DNA of 64,000 bases, taken from Leptogorgia sarmentosa. Lineage: Eukaryota. Every line of letters begins with the position of its first letter. Position 1 is the first letter of the stretch. This document shows, one piece after another, positions 12,354 to 24,254 of this stretch. The position numbers and the translations under genes were made by a program. The stretch is taken from assembly GCA_964658305.1 (NCBI GenBank), contig OZ210885.1, positions 2,356,001 through 2,420,000 of the forward strand. Direction: 5' to 3'. The notes beneath the pieces were generated by a model. The model was not told the DNA's origin. It saw nothing but the letters and a program-made list of their open reading frames with translations, and searched no databases.

Positions 12354-13238
12354 GTTAAATGCAAAGAGTGTATATTGGTGTGCAAACTTAATTGCACAAT
12401 GGACAATTTTCACTATTAATAGTCAAATCTAAAAAAAAAAATGAATTCGGCTCAATTTTTAACACACCGAGAAAATAACGACTGAATACGATCTTGTAGC
12501 TACTTGTCTAACTTATACGTTAACGGGTATTTAAATGGAATGGATCAGAAATGGAAAAGATTTCTTGTGTCATCTCTAAGGTTGACTTGATTGCGGTTGA
12601 CAAAGCCAATAATAGAGGTGGTAGGCTTCTGGGTTAAAGAAGTTTGTGATTTTGTGAGGTTTTCAAACTTAGTAAATAGTTCAGTTGTTAGAAAAAATTG
12701 TGGATGTGCAACCAGGATTAAACATATTTAAAGCTTTTGAGACGCTCTCTGGTTGAAATATTTATTTTATTACAAGCTTTCGGCTCAGTCTTTAGTATAC
12801 ACCCAACCATCGTCTATTACAAATGGTACATTCTGATTGGCTACTCAGCCGTTGTCTATTGCGTGACACGGTTCGCGAAAACGCAAAGGAAAACACTATG
12901 GCTACTGCAGTACCAAAGAAAGTGGAGTTAGTACTCTGAAAGCGTTGTTTCTGGCAATCCAGCTATATATGTATCAGTTTAACCATGCACGGTCCCTTTA
13001 TAGACCACATTAAATTAACCACCGAAAACGGCGTATAGAGGTCCAATTATACCTACGTCACTGGTCAGCGTTTGTCGCCGACCAATCAGATTGCTTTTTC
13101 CTTTGTTTACGCGAACAAATTTGAACATCAAATAGCCGGATGGTGGATCATATTTCTTAGTCGTCATATAATTCTGTCAGACGCTGTTCAAATATTTCGA
13201 TTTGCAATTGATTTGCCATTAAAAGCGAGTAATTAGCC

Positions 13239-13955
13239 ATGAAGTCATATTCATTGTTTGTTGCTTTTATCTATCTCTGGATTTCTCCGTCAACAGCCCA
13301 AAAAGCAGACCCTGTGGACATCACATTGTACTATGAAAGTTTGTGTCCGGGATGTCGTTATTTCATCAACCATCAGTACTACCGAGCGTTCAAGTCCATT
13401 GGCAATATCATGAATGTTGGTTTGGTACCATATGGTAACGCCGAGGAAAAAACGAAAGCTGGTAAATGGGTGTTTTCATGTCAACACGGCAAAGAAGAAT
13501 GTATTGGGAATTTAATCGAGACTTGCGCTATACATTTTTACCCTAATACCAGTAATTTCTTTCCGTTTATTCACTGTATCGAATCCTCGTCAAAAATTCC
13601 ACGTGTTGTTGCTCCTTCGTGCGCTCAAAAATTCAAACTCAATTACTCCAAAATCGAGTCGTGTGCAAATGGGGATCTGGGAAACAGTCTCGAACACGAA
13701 ATGGCTTTAAAGACAGAAGCTTTGAAGCCAGATCATACCTATGTACCTTGGATAACTTTAAACGGTGTTCATACGGAGGAAATTGAAAATAAAGCGGAGA
13801 GTGATTTGGTCAAATTGGTTTGTAACACATACAAAGGCAGCCCAAAACCCCAAGCATGTGAGGAGTATCAGAATGGAGGATTTATTCAGCGATGCTGGAA
13901 GAACTCTGGCAGCAAAGACAATGTCGAGAAAAACAGCAATGACATCCCATTTTAG
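13239..13955 (+). CDS. IFI30: GILT paralogue 2
   Basis: Intronless 238-aa ORF; signal peptide; YYESLCPGC; CQHGKEECIGNLIETC; YVPW; AATAAA at 13991. Confidence 0.95.
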   Translation: MKSYSLFVAFIYLWISPSTAQKADPVDITLYYESLCPGCRYFINHQYYRAFKSIGNIMNVGLVPYGNAEEKTKAGKWVFSCQHGKEECIGNLIETCAIHFYPNTSNFFPFIHCIESSSKIPRVVAPSCAQKFKLNYSKIESCANGDLGNSLEHEMALKTEALKPDHTYVPWITLNGVHTEEIENKAESDLVKLVCNTYKGSPKPQACEEYQNGGFIQRCWKNSGSKDNVEKNSNDIPF

Positions 13956-14489
13956 TTCCGCAGAACGCTCAAGGTCAAGAACATCTTATTAATAAACGTG
14001 AATCAAATTTCAAAATATATTGCAGGAAATTTACTTACATAACACTATAGATTAAGCATCTTTGATAGATTTGCATGTCCTTTCTGTAACATGATCAAGT
14101 GAATCTGATTTCGACATGTGTTGGTGTGCGTAATTTTCTGCGAAGACGCATTACCGTATGTGGCTCGTTGGAGCTCCGCGGCGCTCTTCAAATTTTCAAC
14201 GTCTCACACTCGGCGCTTATTCGAGGGCAGCTCTAATTCGGGGGCGGCGCTTAATTGGGGGCGGCGGTCTTTAAATGGATAATTAAAAGAACGCTAACCA
14301 TTAGTAAAGCTTTGAAATGCACTCATTTCAAGTGAAAATAAAATAAATTTCCGCGGCGCTTTCTCGATATATGAGCAACCGAAATATAAATATAGTAAAT
14401 GACCTTGATCTAAACCCGCGATGTAGAAATAGTGCCCCGCACTTACAGGGGCCCCGCTCTTCGATAGGCCACGCCCTTTGTGGTTCACA

Positions 14490-14730
14490 TTTGGGGCCCT
14501 TCGTTATTTGCGTATTTGCCCCCCACGTATGTCGATACCCCCTTCCCGTGTTTCGTATAACAATTTAATTTGGGGGCCTCGATTTGCACATCAATTTGGG
14601 CCCTCGTGGTTTGCTTGTCAATTTGGGGCCCCCTGGTTTGTGTGTCAATTTGGGGCCCTTGTACATCGCGCATTTATACTTAATTTAATACTCACTGTTC
14701 GCGTATTAAAAATTATTTTGGGGCCTTCGT
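14490..14730. repeat. Degenerate minisatellite with core (AA)TTTGGGGCCC
   Basis: About six copies of the TTTGGG(G)GCC core; the central ones are spaced roughly 25-28 bp apart. Confidence 0.6.
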
Positions 14731-15359
14731 GGTTTGTGTGTTAAATAGTGGATGTGAAATTGCTGTAAAATGTAATTCAACAAATATGCGTGAGGGGCCC
14801 CGTCTTGAACATCTGCCACAGGCCCCGCGCGATGTGAATCCGGCCATAGACTTTCAAGTTGATTTAGTGCTTGGAAACCAATATTTTGGAGATCGATAGC
14901 TTTAGGGGCAACCCAATTTTGGCGGATGTCCGATTGCGCTTTCCTTTGCCTACCGAGTATTGCTGAACTTGAATAACCTTCCCATTGACTGAAAATAGCC
15001 AGCTTCCCATTGATTTCAATATATTTGTATGCTTGAAAATGGCCATCATGCACGACTCATGACAAGCACTTTATTTCAACATCTTCCAAAAAAGGAAATG
15101 ATGTTGATGAGCCATCACATGCAAGAAAGCGTGCTCACGGTCTGCTCACGTGGTGTTTATAAACATGCGCTCAATGTTGATCTTTGCAAAACATTGCAGA
15201 ACATACAAAAATTAAAGAGAGTACTCACGAGACATACTGCAAATATCAGTGAGAGTTTATTTAAACCAGCAGTGTTTTCCAAAGCACTCATTTCTGCGCA
15301 AGCTGTGAAGTAGCTACACGTACGGGCGCGGCATTTACTCTGCTACACTTTCAGAAATT

Positions 15360-16061
15360 ATGAAGGCCAATTATTTTAGCGTCTTTTTCGTTGCGATTTT
15401 GTTTGGGATTCATAGTTCAACAGCGCAGTCAGTAAACTTCACATTGTATTATGAAAGTCTATGTGGCGGTTGTCGGGACTTCATCAAGCAACAATACTAC
15501 CCAACATTCAAGTTAATCGGTAGCATCATGAACGTACATTTGGTGCCGTATGGGAACGCACAGGAGACCCAAGAGGAGGGGAAATGGGTGTATTACTGTC
15601 AACATGGCAAGGAAGAATGTATTGGGAATTTGATCGAGACTTGTGCAATGTACTTCTATCCAAATGCGAGTGTTTTCTTTCCATTCATCCACTGCATTGA
15701 AACATCCTCCTCGCTCCCGAGAACAGCAGCGCCATCGTGTGCGCAGGAATACAATCTCGATTACTCCAAGATCCAGTCGTGCGCCAGCGGGGATTTGGGA
15801 AACAGCCTCGAACACGAAATGGCGTTGAAGACGCAAGCATTGAATCCACCACATTCCTACGTCCCCTGGGTTACCCTTGAAGGTGCTCACACTGATCAAA
15901 TACAGAACGAAGCTGAGTTTAACTTAATTGGCTTGATTTGTGGAGCGTACAAAGGCAGTCCAAAACCTCAGGCATGCCAGCAGTATCAAGAGAAAAACTT
16001 AATTCAACGTTGTGCAAAACAAACCAGCCGTTTGGGAAAGGCAAATATCAACATTAATTAA
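15360..16061 (+). CDS. IFI30: GILT paralogue 3
   Basis: Intronless 233-aa ORF; signal peptide; YYESLCGGC; CQHGKEECIGNLIETC; YVPW. Confidence 0.95.
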   Translation: MKANYFSVFFVAILFGIHSSTAQSVNFTLYYESLCGGCRDFIKQQYYPTFKLIGSIMNVHLVPYGNAQETQEEGKWVYYCQHGKEECIGNLIETCAMYFYPNASVFFPFIHCIETSSSLPRTAAPSCAQEYNLDYSKIQSCASGDLGNSLEHEMALKTQALNPPHSYVPWVTLEGAHTDQIQNEAEFNLIGLICGAYKGSPKPQACQQYQEKNLIQRCAKQTSRLGKANININ

Positions 16062-18311
16062 CTTTAAAAAAATGTTTATCTGAATTCTGGACGCTTGGCA
16101 CTAATACAGTTAGATCTGAATGAAATTCAATTCAATATAAAAATCATTTACCATCAGTTAAATCTATCAGTGAGAGTGCATAGAGTGATAGAGAGTATTT
16201 TCGTGGGCCGTGGATGACCAATATTTGATGTCGTGAATTGTGAAATGTGAAATGACCAAATTCCCTTACAACAAAATATAAACTGTAATGTATTGTATTG
16301 TATTAGTCGATCGGTCGTATGTGATGTGTGTCTTTACCTGGAAATGTAAATCGTGCCGAATTGGCGGCGAATTATATATACATCAATATTTGCTGTTAAT
16401 TTTTCATTAATTCTCGATTTTATGATCAAGACCCTGGGAACGAGGTTGGTTGTGGCGGCGCCAAGCACCAAGCACCGTTCGTTACGGGCGTTTATCGAGT
16501 GCTAAATTATTATTACTGAATTATTTTTGCTTGTTTCTTTCTAAACTAAGGATGGAGTTTTATTGCTCAGCCCACAGACCCTGTTTATCATGCAGTGTCA
16601 TGGTAGTTTCCACCTGGTCGCGCTTTTAACCTGCGGTTACTCCTCGTTTAATGTATAGCTCAGTGAATGTTGCGCAATAGCACGGACTAAGGCGGAAATG
16701 CACTGGGAACCAGGCATTGAAAATCGAGAATATAGTTGTGAAATTATTTTTTTGTCTGTCTGTCCATGTAAGATGTTTTCGTTTTATTTCTTTTATAACA
16801 TAAAACTTTGACCACGAACGAATGTGATCAGTAATGTTTTGATGTCATTAAGTGAGTTGATGATGTATAAAACATTGTCAAATAGTGATTATTTTTAAGA
16901 AATTTTCAATGAAATGTGAGGTGTATGATTCATCAACTCAGAGGAAGTTGTTCGAGAACATTTGTCTGACCTGATCAGTAACGGAAAGGATGTCTTGGTG
17001 AACTGACAGAATTGTGGCTTGAATTTAAGGTTAGTGTGCCATTTTTATTTAATTTAGAACGAATAAAGTATCAATTATTTACCAAAATGGAACGATATAT
17101 CCATTATATTGATGTGGTAGTATACTGTATATTCTATATAGTATAGTATGTAGTCTACCTGTATTACGTGTTTGTAATTATTTCTATGAGAGTTAAAAGA
17201 TATATTACAAGTGTTGGATAAAATTTGTGAGTCTTGAACAAATTCATAATTCCTAACCAAGATTCCCTTTCATTCCTCGGATACCCTGGACATTGTCATT
17301 TTAGATCTACAATATGGAGTAGTATTATGAGATTAACCAGCAGCATGGGTCCTACTTACTACCTAAATGAGGAAATATTGGGATTCAGATTAGATGAGCT
17401 GAGTTCTACTCACTACCTAAACAATACAATAAGAATAAGATTCATTGTTTTGAGCAAAGGTCCTTTTTGGGACGAATAAATCTGCCCCCACTGAGAAAGG
17501 AGTTTGCCCCCATTTCAATGTAAAACTTATTCACATTGGCCACATATTAAAGTCATGACCTGAGAGTTAGAGTGTGTATATCTGTATTGTAAATGATGTA
17601 CGGTTAAAAAACTATACAGTACCTTTTTCTACAAGTTTTTTAGCAAAATTGTTTTTAAAATTTCGAAGGCAATTTAAGTAAACTGAAAGTATAACTGCAG
17701 TTACTGTGTATTAAACTAATGAATTGAGTCACTGCTGCTCTTTTTGTTTCCCTCGTTTATGGATGCAAAAACCTAGCAACTAGGGCTAAACAAATAGATT
17801 AAACTTGTTTCGAATCTATGTAGTTCCATTAATTATATAGCAAATTTGTGATATCATCCTGATAGTGATAAAACTGGTATTGTTTATCACATAATATGAT
17901 AACCTGTTTATTTTGACATTTATTTGGGGTTTATACAGCAGTACAAAAGACCAGTATCAATGTTGAAAAGCAATATTAGTAATAGCGTTATTTTATGTCA
18001 CCATTTTGACATCCTGACAAAGATACAAGTATATCATGAATATATATTTTAGTACCATCATCCCCATTCAGAACACAACTCCTGTTAACAGTTGTCAAAC
18101 TTCTAGCCAACATCTTTTACCATTGCAACTTGCAATGTTTACATAAGTCATACTGTAAGTGTAGGTGATGGCACAGTAGTTATTTACTGGTCACAACAAT
18201 ACAAGAAAATTATGTGGTAAACAGTTTCAGTCTCATGTTAATTGATGCCATATACTATGTATTCACAATCTAGAAAGTTCAAGAATTAAGTGGTTGGAAT
18301 AAAGAATAATT

Positions 18312-21300
18312 ATGGATTTCAGTGACCTGATGAATATTGCTTCAAGTAATCAAGTAAATGCTGTGAACAAGGTGAGTTTAAAGGCTGAAAAAAAACAACA
18401 TGGCTGAAAATTTTTTAAAATTCTGTAATTCAAAAAGTGAAGCTTTGCTGTGTGGGAGTCACATAATTATACAATGTATAGAGACTGGAAACTTTTAAAA
18501 TATTAATTGGCAGCACTTAAAATATATATTATGTCTGTTTACAGTACTCAGGTATAATGACATTAAATCAATGCACATCCCAGAGCACATTACATTTTTT
18601 GCCCTTAAACCCTGGCTGAAAACGACCCCCCCCCCCCCGAAACAAAAATCCAAAACTTCCTGAGATGGATTATCGTCCTTCACTAGTTTTAGATTAGTTT
18701 GTTTGAAATAGAAATGATTCACTTCATCCATTTCATTCTCATTTTAGGTTAAACATAAAAAGTCTAAAGATGGTAGCTCAAGTCAGGTCTCGAGTGATGC
18801 TGTCAAAGCTTTCTTAGCTCGACAAAATGCAGAAAAAGTTAAACAAAAAGGTTGTTTTTGGTTAATATTATTTTTGTTTTTGCTGGTTAATTCCTGTCAG
18901 TTCACTAGGTTGCATTTTTCACAACCCTAAAGCAGTGAACTCTATATTCCAGTATTTGGAATAATAGCAAAAAAGTGAATTTATAGTGAAGCCGAAATTG
19001 CTGACGTCAGTCATTTAGCTGCGAAACTAATGAACTGAGTCCAAGAAACACACTCAGAACAATCGTTACTAATTCACTCTTTCACATCCATCAAAAGAAG
19101 AAATTCGCACAAGGAATCGCAGCGAGACTAGTGCAAACCAGCGTTTGAGGCTGTAGGTTCCGGTCTCGATGCGTCTGTTTGTGGACTGTATGAAACTGTA
19201 AACTATTTCCCTACTTTCTTGTTGTAAAATATAAAATAGGTACGCTGAGTGTGCAAGTATCTGCGCAGAATATATAATGATTAAAATAGCTACATAATTT
19301 CCCGGCATTATAATTATAATATTTGTTTGAAAAAACCCTTCAACTAAGTCGAACTAGGACGCAACAAAGCAGAGGAAAGTAAATAACCCTATTTTTATGC
19401 AATTTTACAATAGCCAGTTCAGTGTTTCTACTGGCCAGAATTCGATCAAAACTCTACGAATATTCACACGCGTACAGATGCAGAAATTCTGATTGTGTTT
19501 GTTTTATTCAGAACAAGAAGAAGCCGCCAGACGAGCAAGAATACAAGCAAGACTACAAGGCAAACAGTTGGATAAATCCAAAAACAACAAAAAACATGAA
19601 GACTCGCAGAATTACTCTAATGACGAGAAGCAAAGAAATCATGTTAAAAACCGAAATCCTCCTCCAGCACAAGAATCGACGACTTCATCCAGAACTCATT
19701 CTAAACATTCTTCAACTCATGAAAAAAACTCTGAAAGAAAAACGTTAAAATCAAAAGAGAAGGAAAAGTTGATGAAAAAGCCTGAAGATAGAACCAAACC
19801 TATTGAACAAAAAAAAACGGTTAGTAAAGTTAAGAAACCTGCTCCACCAGTTTTGAGGTTTCAGGAATTGATGAACGTTGCTAAACAACAAGCGGGTAAT
19901 CCCGATGCGTTCCGAAACATCACTGCTGCTCACGGGCCGAAGATTGGAGGAAATATTGAGGAGAAATCGTCCCCGAATGAGCCATCGGGCGAGGGTGAAA
20001 GAAAAAAGGAAATTTCAAGAAAGGATGGTATAGCGAATGGGAAAGATCACCGAGGAAAGACTAATATTTCGCAAAAGAAACAAAATATGAAAACTCAGGA
20101 ACGAAAAGTACCAGATACTGCCAAAAGAAAACAACCTGAGGGTCACGATCGGAAACAATCGGAAATCCGAAAATTACCTTCGAATCGGGAGGGGAACAAT
20201 TATAGAAAGTTTCCTGGAAAAGCGGAAATAGATGCGAAACGTAAATTGTCGGAAAAACCCAAAGCGATGACAATAGAACGTCATACGATATCTCAAAAGG
20301 AATACGGTACGCCAATGAAGTACCGTGGTTCTAAAGATGATTCTCAACGTAAGAGACGCCATATTCCCTATGACGATGATGACGAGTATGATGAAGAGAT
20401 GGATGAATTTATTGATGATACTGAAGAAGCCCCCGAAACTGTTTCGTCCTACATCAAGGAAATTTTTGGATATGACAGAAGCAGGTAAGTTCAAATTATA
20501 GGAGTTATATAGTATATATAATTCGCAAATTATTCATTTGATATGCAATAGTACTAGTGTATAGGTAGCGGATAACAACATCAAGAAGCAGGAATAGTTC
20601 GACTCACTACCTAAACGATATAATAAGAGCAAAGGTCTATCGTTGGGAATTACTGTGAGAATACACTCTTTCGGAAAGCATACGAAAGCGCGGCTGAATC
20701 CGTTATGCCTTATTAGTACGGCAGGCAGCAACGACACAGTACCTAAGTTTGACATTCTCTGCTATCTTTGCTAAAATAGGAAAGAAATTGTAATTGTTAA
20801 TGCGGCTTAGAAATTGAGCCTTATATACGTTTGTATTACGCACAGCAGCAAAGTGATAATCACATTCCAAATCTGATTATCACGTTCCAAATCTGATTAT
20901 CACTTCGCCGTGCGTAATAATCACTTTGTTTGCTACGCAATGTGCATATCTTTTTAACCTTAGTTCAAATTCATTAATATTAACGTGCCTGATAGGTTCA
21001 GTGATCGATGTGAAGATATCAGCAACATGGAAGCCAGTTATAGCGACATTCAGAAAGAAGAAGCAAAAAGGTAAGCTTTTTGTCATATGTCGGTCTGTCA
21101 GGTGTAACCAAGCTATCCATCTAGCATTATCACTCGTAGTGCGTGAGTACCTAGATGTTAAATAGCGAGGTTCAGATTTGACTTCCACTGCCAGAGACCA
21201 TGAACCAATCAGATTCTTCAAGTCTGTTCGGTTAACCAATCACATTCGCGATAGGTAAGGGTATATATGGTTGCGGTAGCGGTAGTGGAAGTCAAATCTG

Positions 21301-21765
21301 AACCTCGCTATAGTACTCAAGAAACATCAGTACCTTTGGCCGATTACGAACTGGACAATCACTCACAGAATTTATCAACCAGAAAATTAGCCACAACTGT
21401 ACTAATTTGTGTGTAGTAATTTGAATATCGCCCAAATACAATATGATATGAATATAAAAATACATATTTGGTTAGCTATTGAGTTGATATGACAATTCCA
21501 CAGTATCTCCATTGCCATTGTCATTGTCGAATATCACGATAACTGCATGTGGTGTTGCCAGCTAAACTGAAAATGGCTTTGTAGTAAATTGGGTCTGCTT
21601 CAACTGCCATCAGCACTCTGGTTATTTTGGCACTCTGGTTATTTGGTTATTTTTCTTCTATTTTGTAGTCTACGAATAGCAAAACTTGAAGACGAAGTTG
21701 AAAAATTAAAAGAAAGCTACGAATTACAGCAGCAGCAAAGAAAAAAGAAAAAGTTAAAACATTAG
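18312..21765 (+). CDS. SPTY2D1: SPT2 chromatin protein / histone chaperone homolog (~435 aa)
   Basis: Five phase-consistent GT-AG exons: 18312-18371 (MDFSDLMNIASS), 18748-18850 (VSSDAVKAFL), 19512-20484 (..MDEFIDD..VSSYIKEIFGYDRSR), 20996-21070 (NMEASYSDIQKEEAKS), 21669-21765 (LRIAKLED..). These match the N- and C-terminal SPT2 motifs. An acceptor at 18273 implies an upstream UTR exon. Confidence 0.92.
21162..21311. mobile_element. MITE in SPT2 intron
   Basis: Perfect 28-bp TIR ATAGCGAGGTTCAGATTTGACTTCCACT / AGTGGAAGTCAAATCTGAACCTCGCTAT. Confidence 0.75.
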
Positions 21766-22494
21766 CTATCGCTTTAAATGGATGAACTATGGTGAATATT
21801 GACAAAATATTGAAAATTTATTTATTGTGCGAGTTTTATTTACTACAGAAGATAGCTTGTTTGTTTTTACCCTGCATGGATAAATGGACCGGTACCTGCA
21901 GTATATGTTTCTAAATGAGGGGCCTTCGTCGTATTGACTACTTCAGTCTATTTTTTTGTATATAAAATATACGATGTTTTTGGCGGTGGGAGTGTGATTT
22001 CATAATGGAACAAAGTACTTGCATGTAATGTTCACCCCTGGGGGAAATCGTTTTGTCAAATCGATTTGAGGACAAAAGAAATTATCTAAAAATGTCCAAT
22101 TAAGATTTGAGGAGAAACGAAACTGTTTTCGAAGGAACAAACATTAATGTATTATCTCACCCTGCTACAACACAAAACATGATCTGAAATGTAGCCTCTT
22201 GATACCCCTCAACATCGTCACACTGGAAATATTGCTCACTCAATTTACTTTGTTTGACCTGTTTTCTGGGTTTCAAGATCGAGAATAGAAAATATGGTGA
22301 AATAATTTTATTGACAGTATTTATATTTAAAAACGCAAAATGTAGGGACACTGAAAAGGGGGGCTCGTCATTTACCCAGGGAAAAGGCGGGAGAAAGTGC
22401 CCTTTTAGTAACCTTATTAGTGACGTTTTAAGAAAATGATACAACGAATATGGTACTGATACGTATTTTCATTATACGTAGATAACCAGGTTAT

Positions 22495-22809
22495 CTACAC
22501 TAACTATGCCCTATGGCAGCACGGTTTGAAAACGGAGGATTTAGCGGATTTCGTTTGCGTTCACTAAGGCCACCAAAGAAATTTTGAAGCTTGGGTGATA
22601 AGCTGGAATGAAAAATAATGGAACCGATATTCACACTACCTATGCCGGCACGGTTTGAAAACAGCTCCGTTTTCGTTTCGCTCAATTTGGAAAGTCTGCC
22701 GGTCAAGTCGTATAACGGCAGAAGTGACGTTTTCAAACAATTTCGCTCAGGCACAGTGCGATTTTTTTTTGCCCCATTTTCAAGCCGTGTCGGCATAGTG
22801 TGAACGTAG
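22495..22809. mobile_element. MITE; related inverted copy at ~62085-62345
   Basis: Repeated CACTATGCCGGCACGGTTTGAAAAC motif and terminal GGCATAGTGTGAACGTAG; reverse-complement similarity to 62085-62345. Confidence 0.6.
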
Positions 22810-23015
22810 ATCTTTGTGTATATGCGTTAGTTTTAATTTTAAAATTTAAAACATCTTAGATACGCTTTAAGCATTGTATGAATAAAAGACATGTTTTCAA
22901 CGTCATTTACCAAATCGACAGGTTGACTGAATTTTTACCGCAGATACGAAATCAAAGTAAACTTATTATTTAAGTCCGACTTGTTCAGTTTTCCCAGCAA
23001 CTTTTATATACAATC

Positions 23016-23258
23016 CTGGGTCCGGTTGTTCGTAGACCGTTTAGCCTGAACGGTGGATACAGTAAGTCCGAAATATGAAGCGTTCGATCATTGAACAATC
23101 AAAATAAAATTTTTCACTCTGAAGGAAATACTTATTTATGGAACTACAAATTTAGTGTTTAAAATTTATGATTCGTTTTTCACAAGACGAATAGGAGTCT
23201 AATTTAAATTTGACTTATCCACCGTTTAAGCTAAACAGGCTACGGACAACCGGGCCCT
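23016..23258. mobile_element. MITE; similar termini at ~45280-45522
   Basis: GGGTCCGGTTGTTCGTAGACCGTTTAGCCTGAACGGTGGATA / TATCCACCGTTTAAGCTAAACAGGCTACGGACAACCGGGCCC. Confidence 0.65.
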
Positions 23259-24254
23259 GCTGCCTTGACCTTGTCACAAGTTGACAAGAAAAGGAGTAAC
23301 AAGGTTGTTTTATGATGGCTGTTTCAGTCTTGTTGCAACAGCCATATAAAACGTCCCCGTAAAACACGTTACAACTCGCAACGGCTTCTCAAAACTATTT
23401 CCAAGCAAAAACATAGAATAAACAGTGCAAACACAATTTGCCAACCGTTTGTGAAATGAGAACAGACTTGTCGAAATCTGTTTGCAGGTTTGTAACAAAT
23501 TGTGCGTTCTACGTGACTAGAAACCTGGAACAACAACTTTCCGACGTGCGTGATCAAGAGCATGCGCATCAGAAACTACGCGTGGTATGCATCACATTGT
23601 ATTTACCTCTATGGACTGATGTTCGTCATTCTCAATCGCAAAACCTTCAAAAGAGAAAAAAATTCAGCTGATCTTTTTTTTAAATTTAATTATTTAATCC
23701 GCTTTGTCATCTATTCAATTTTTTAATCGCAATCCTTAAAGATCCTTTCATCCCGTTATGGAGCGCAACCAATTAAATGAGAGATCTTGAATTAATCCAA
23801 ATTGAATTCTGTGTTATAGTGTCATTGTGCCCACGTAGTTTTGATCAGCAACATATGAGCATCTTTTCACCAGGAAAAATACATTTAGCAAACGTATTGA
23901 GTGATATGGCCATTCTTTAGGCAACGTTTATCATGCAGTTTTGATCTGTCTCTCTACGTATGTTTCGCTTTGTGGCTTTGCCGTCAATCATTAGCCACTA
24001 ATGTGGTATATTAAATATGCTTGTGAGCAATCGACCTTCTAATACCTGCTTGACCCGAACATCAAAAAATACCGAAGCGATAACACATTAAAGCGGTTAA
24101 GCTTTACACAGCAATCAGCTTGGCACGTACTGAAAAATCTATATAACTGAGTGTTGCTCGTGTGTTTGCTTCAAACTACTTGAGAGCGTTGTTTTAGATA
24201 AAGGGCGATACTTGATTTCAAGCAGTGTAGTATATAATAAAGCCGTCATCAAAT

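Noticed and set aside
16853..16940. Possible C/D snoRNA (TGATGA within an 11-bp inverted repeat)
   Set aside because: No terminal D box (CTGA) in the expected place and no recognisable guide sequence.
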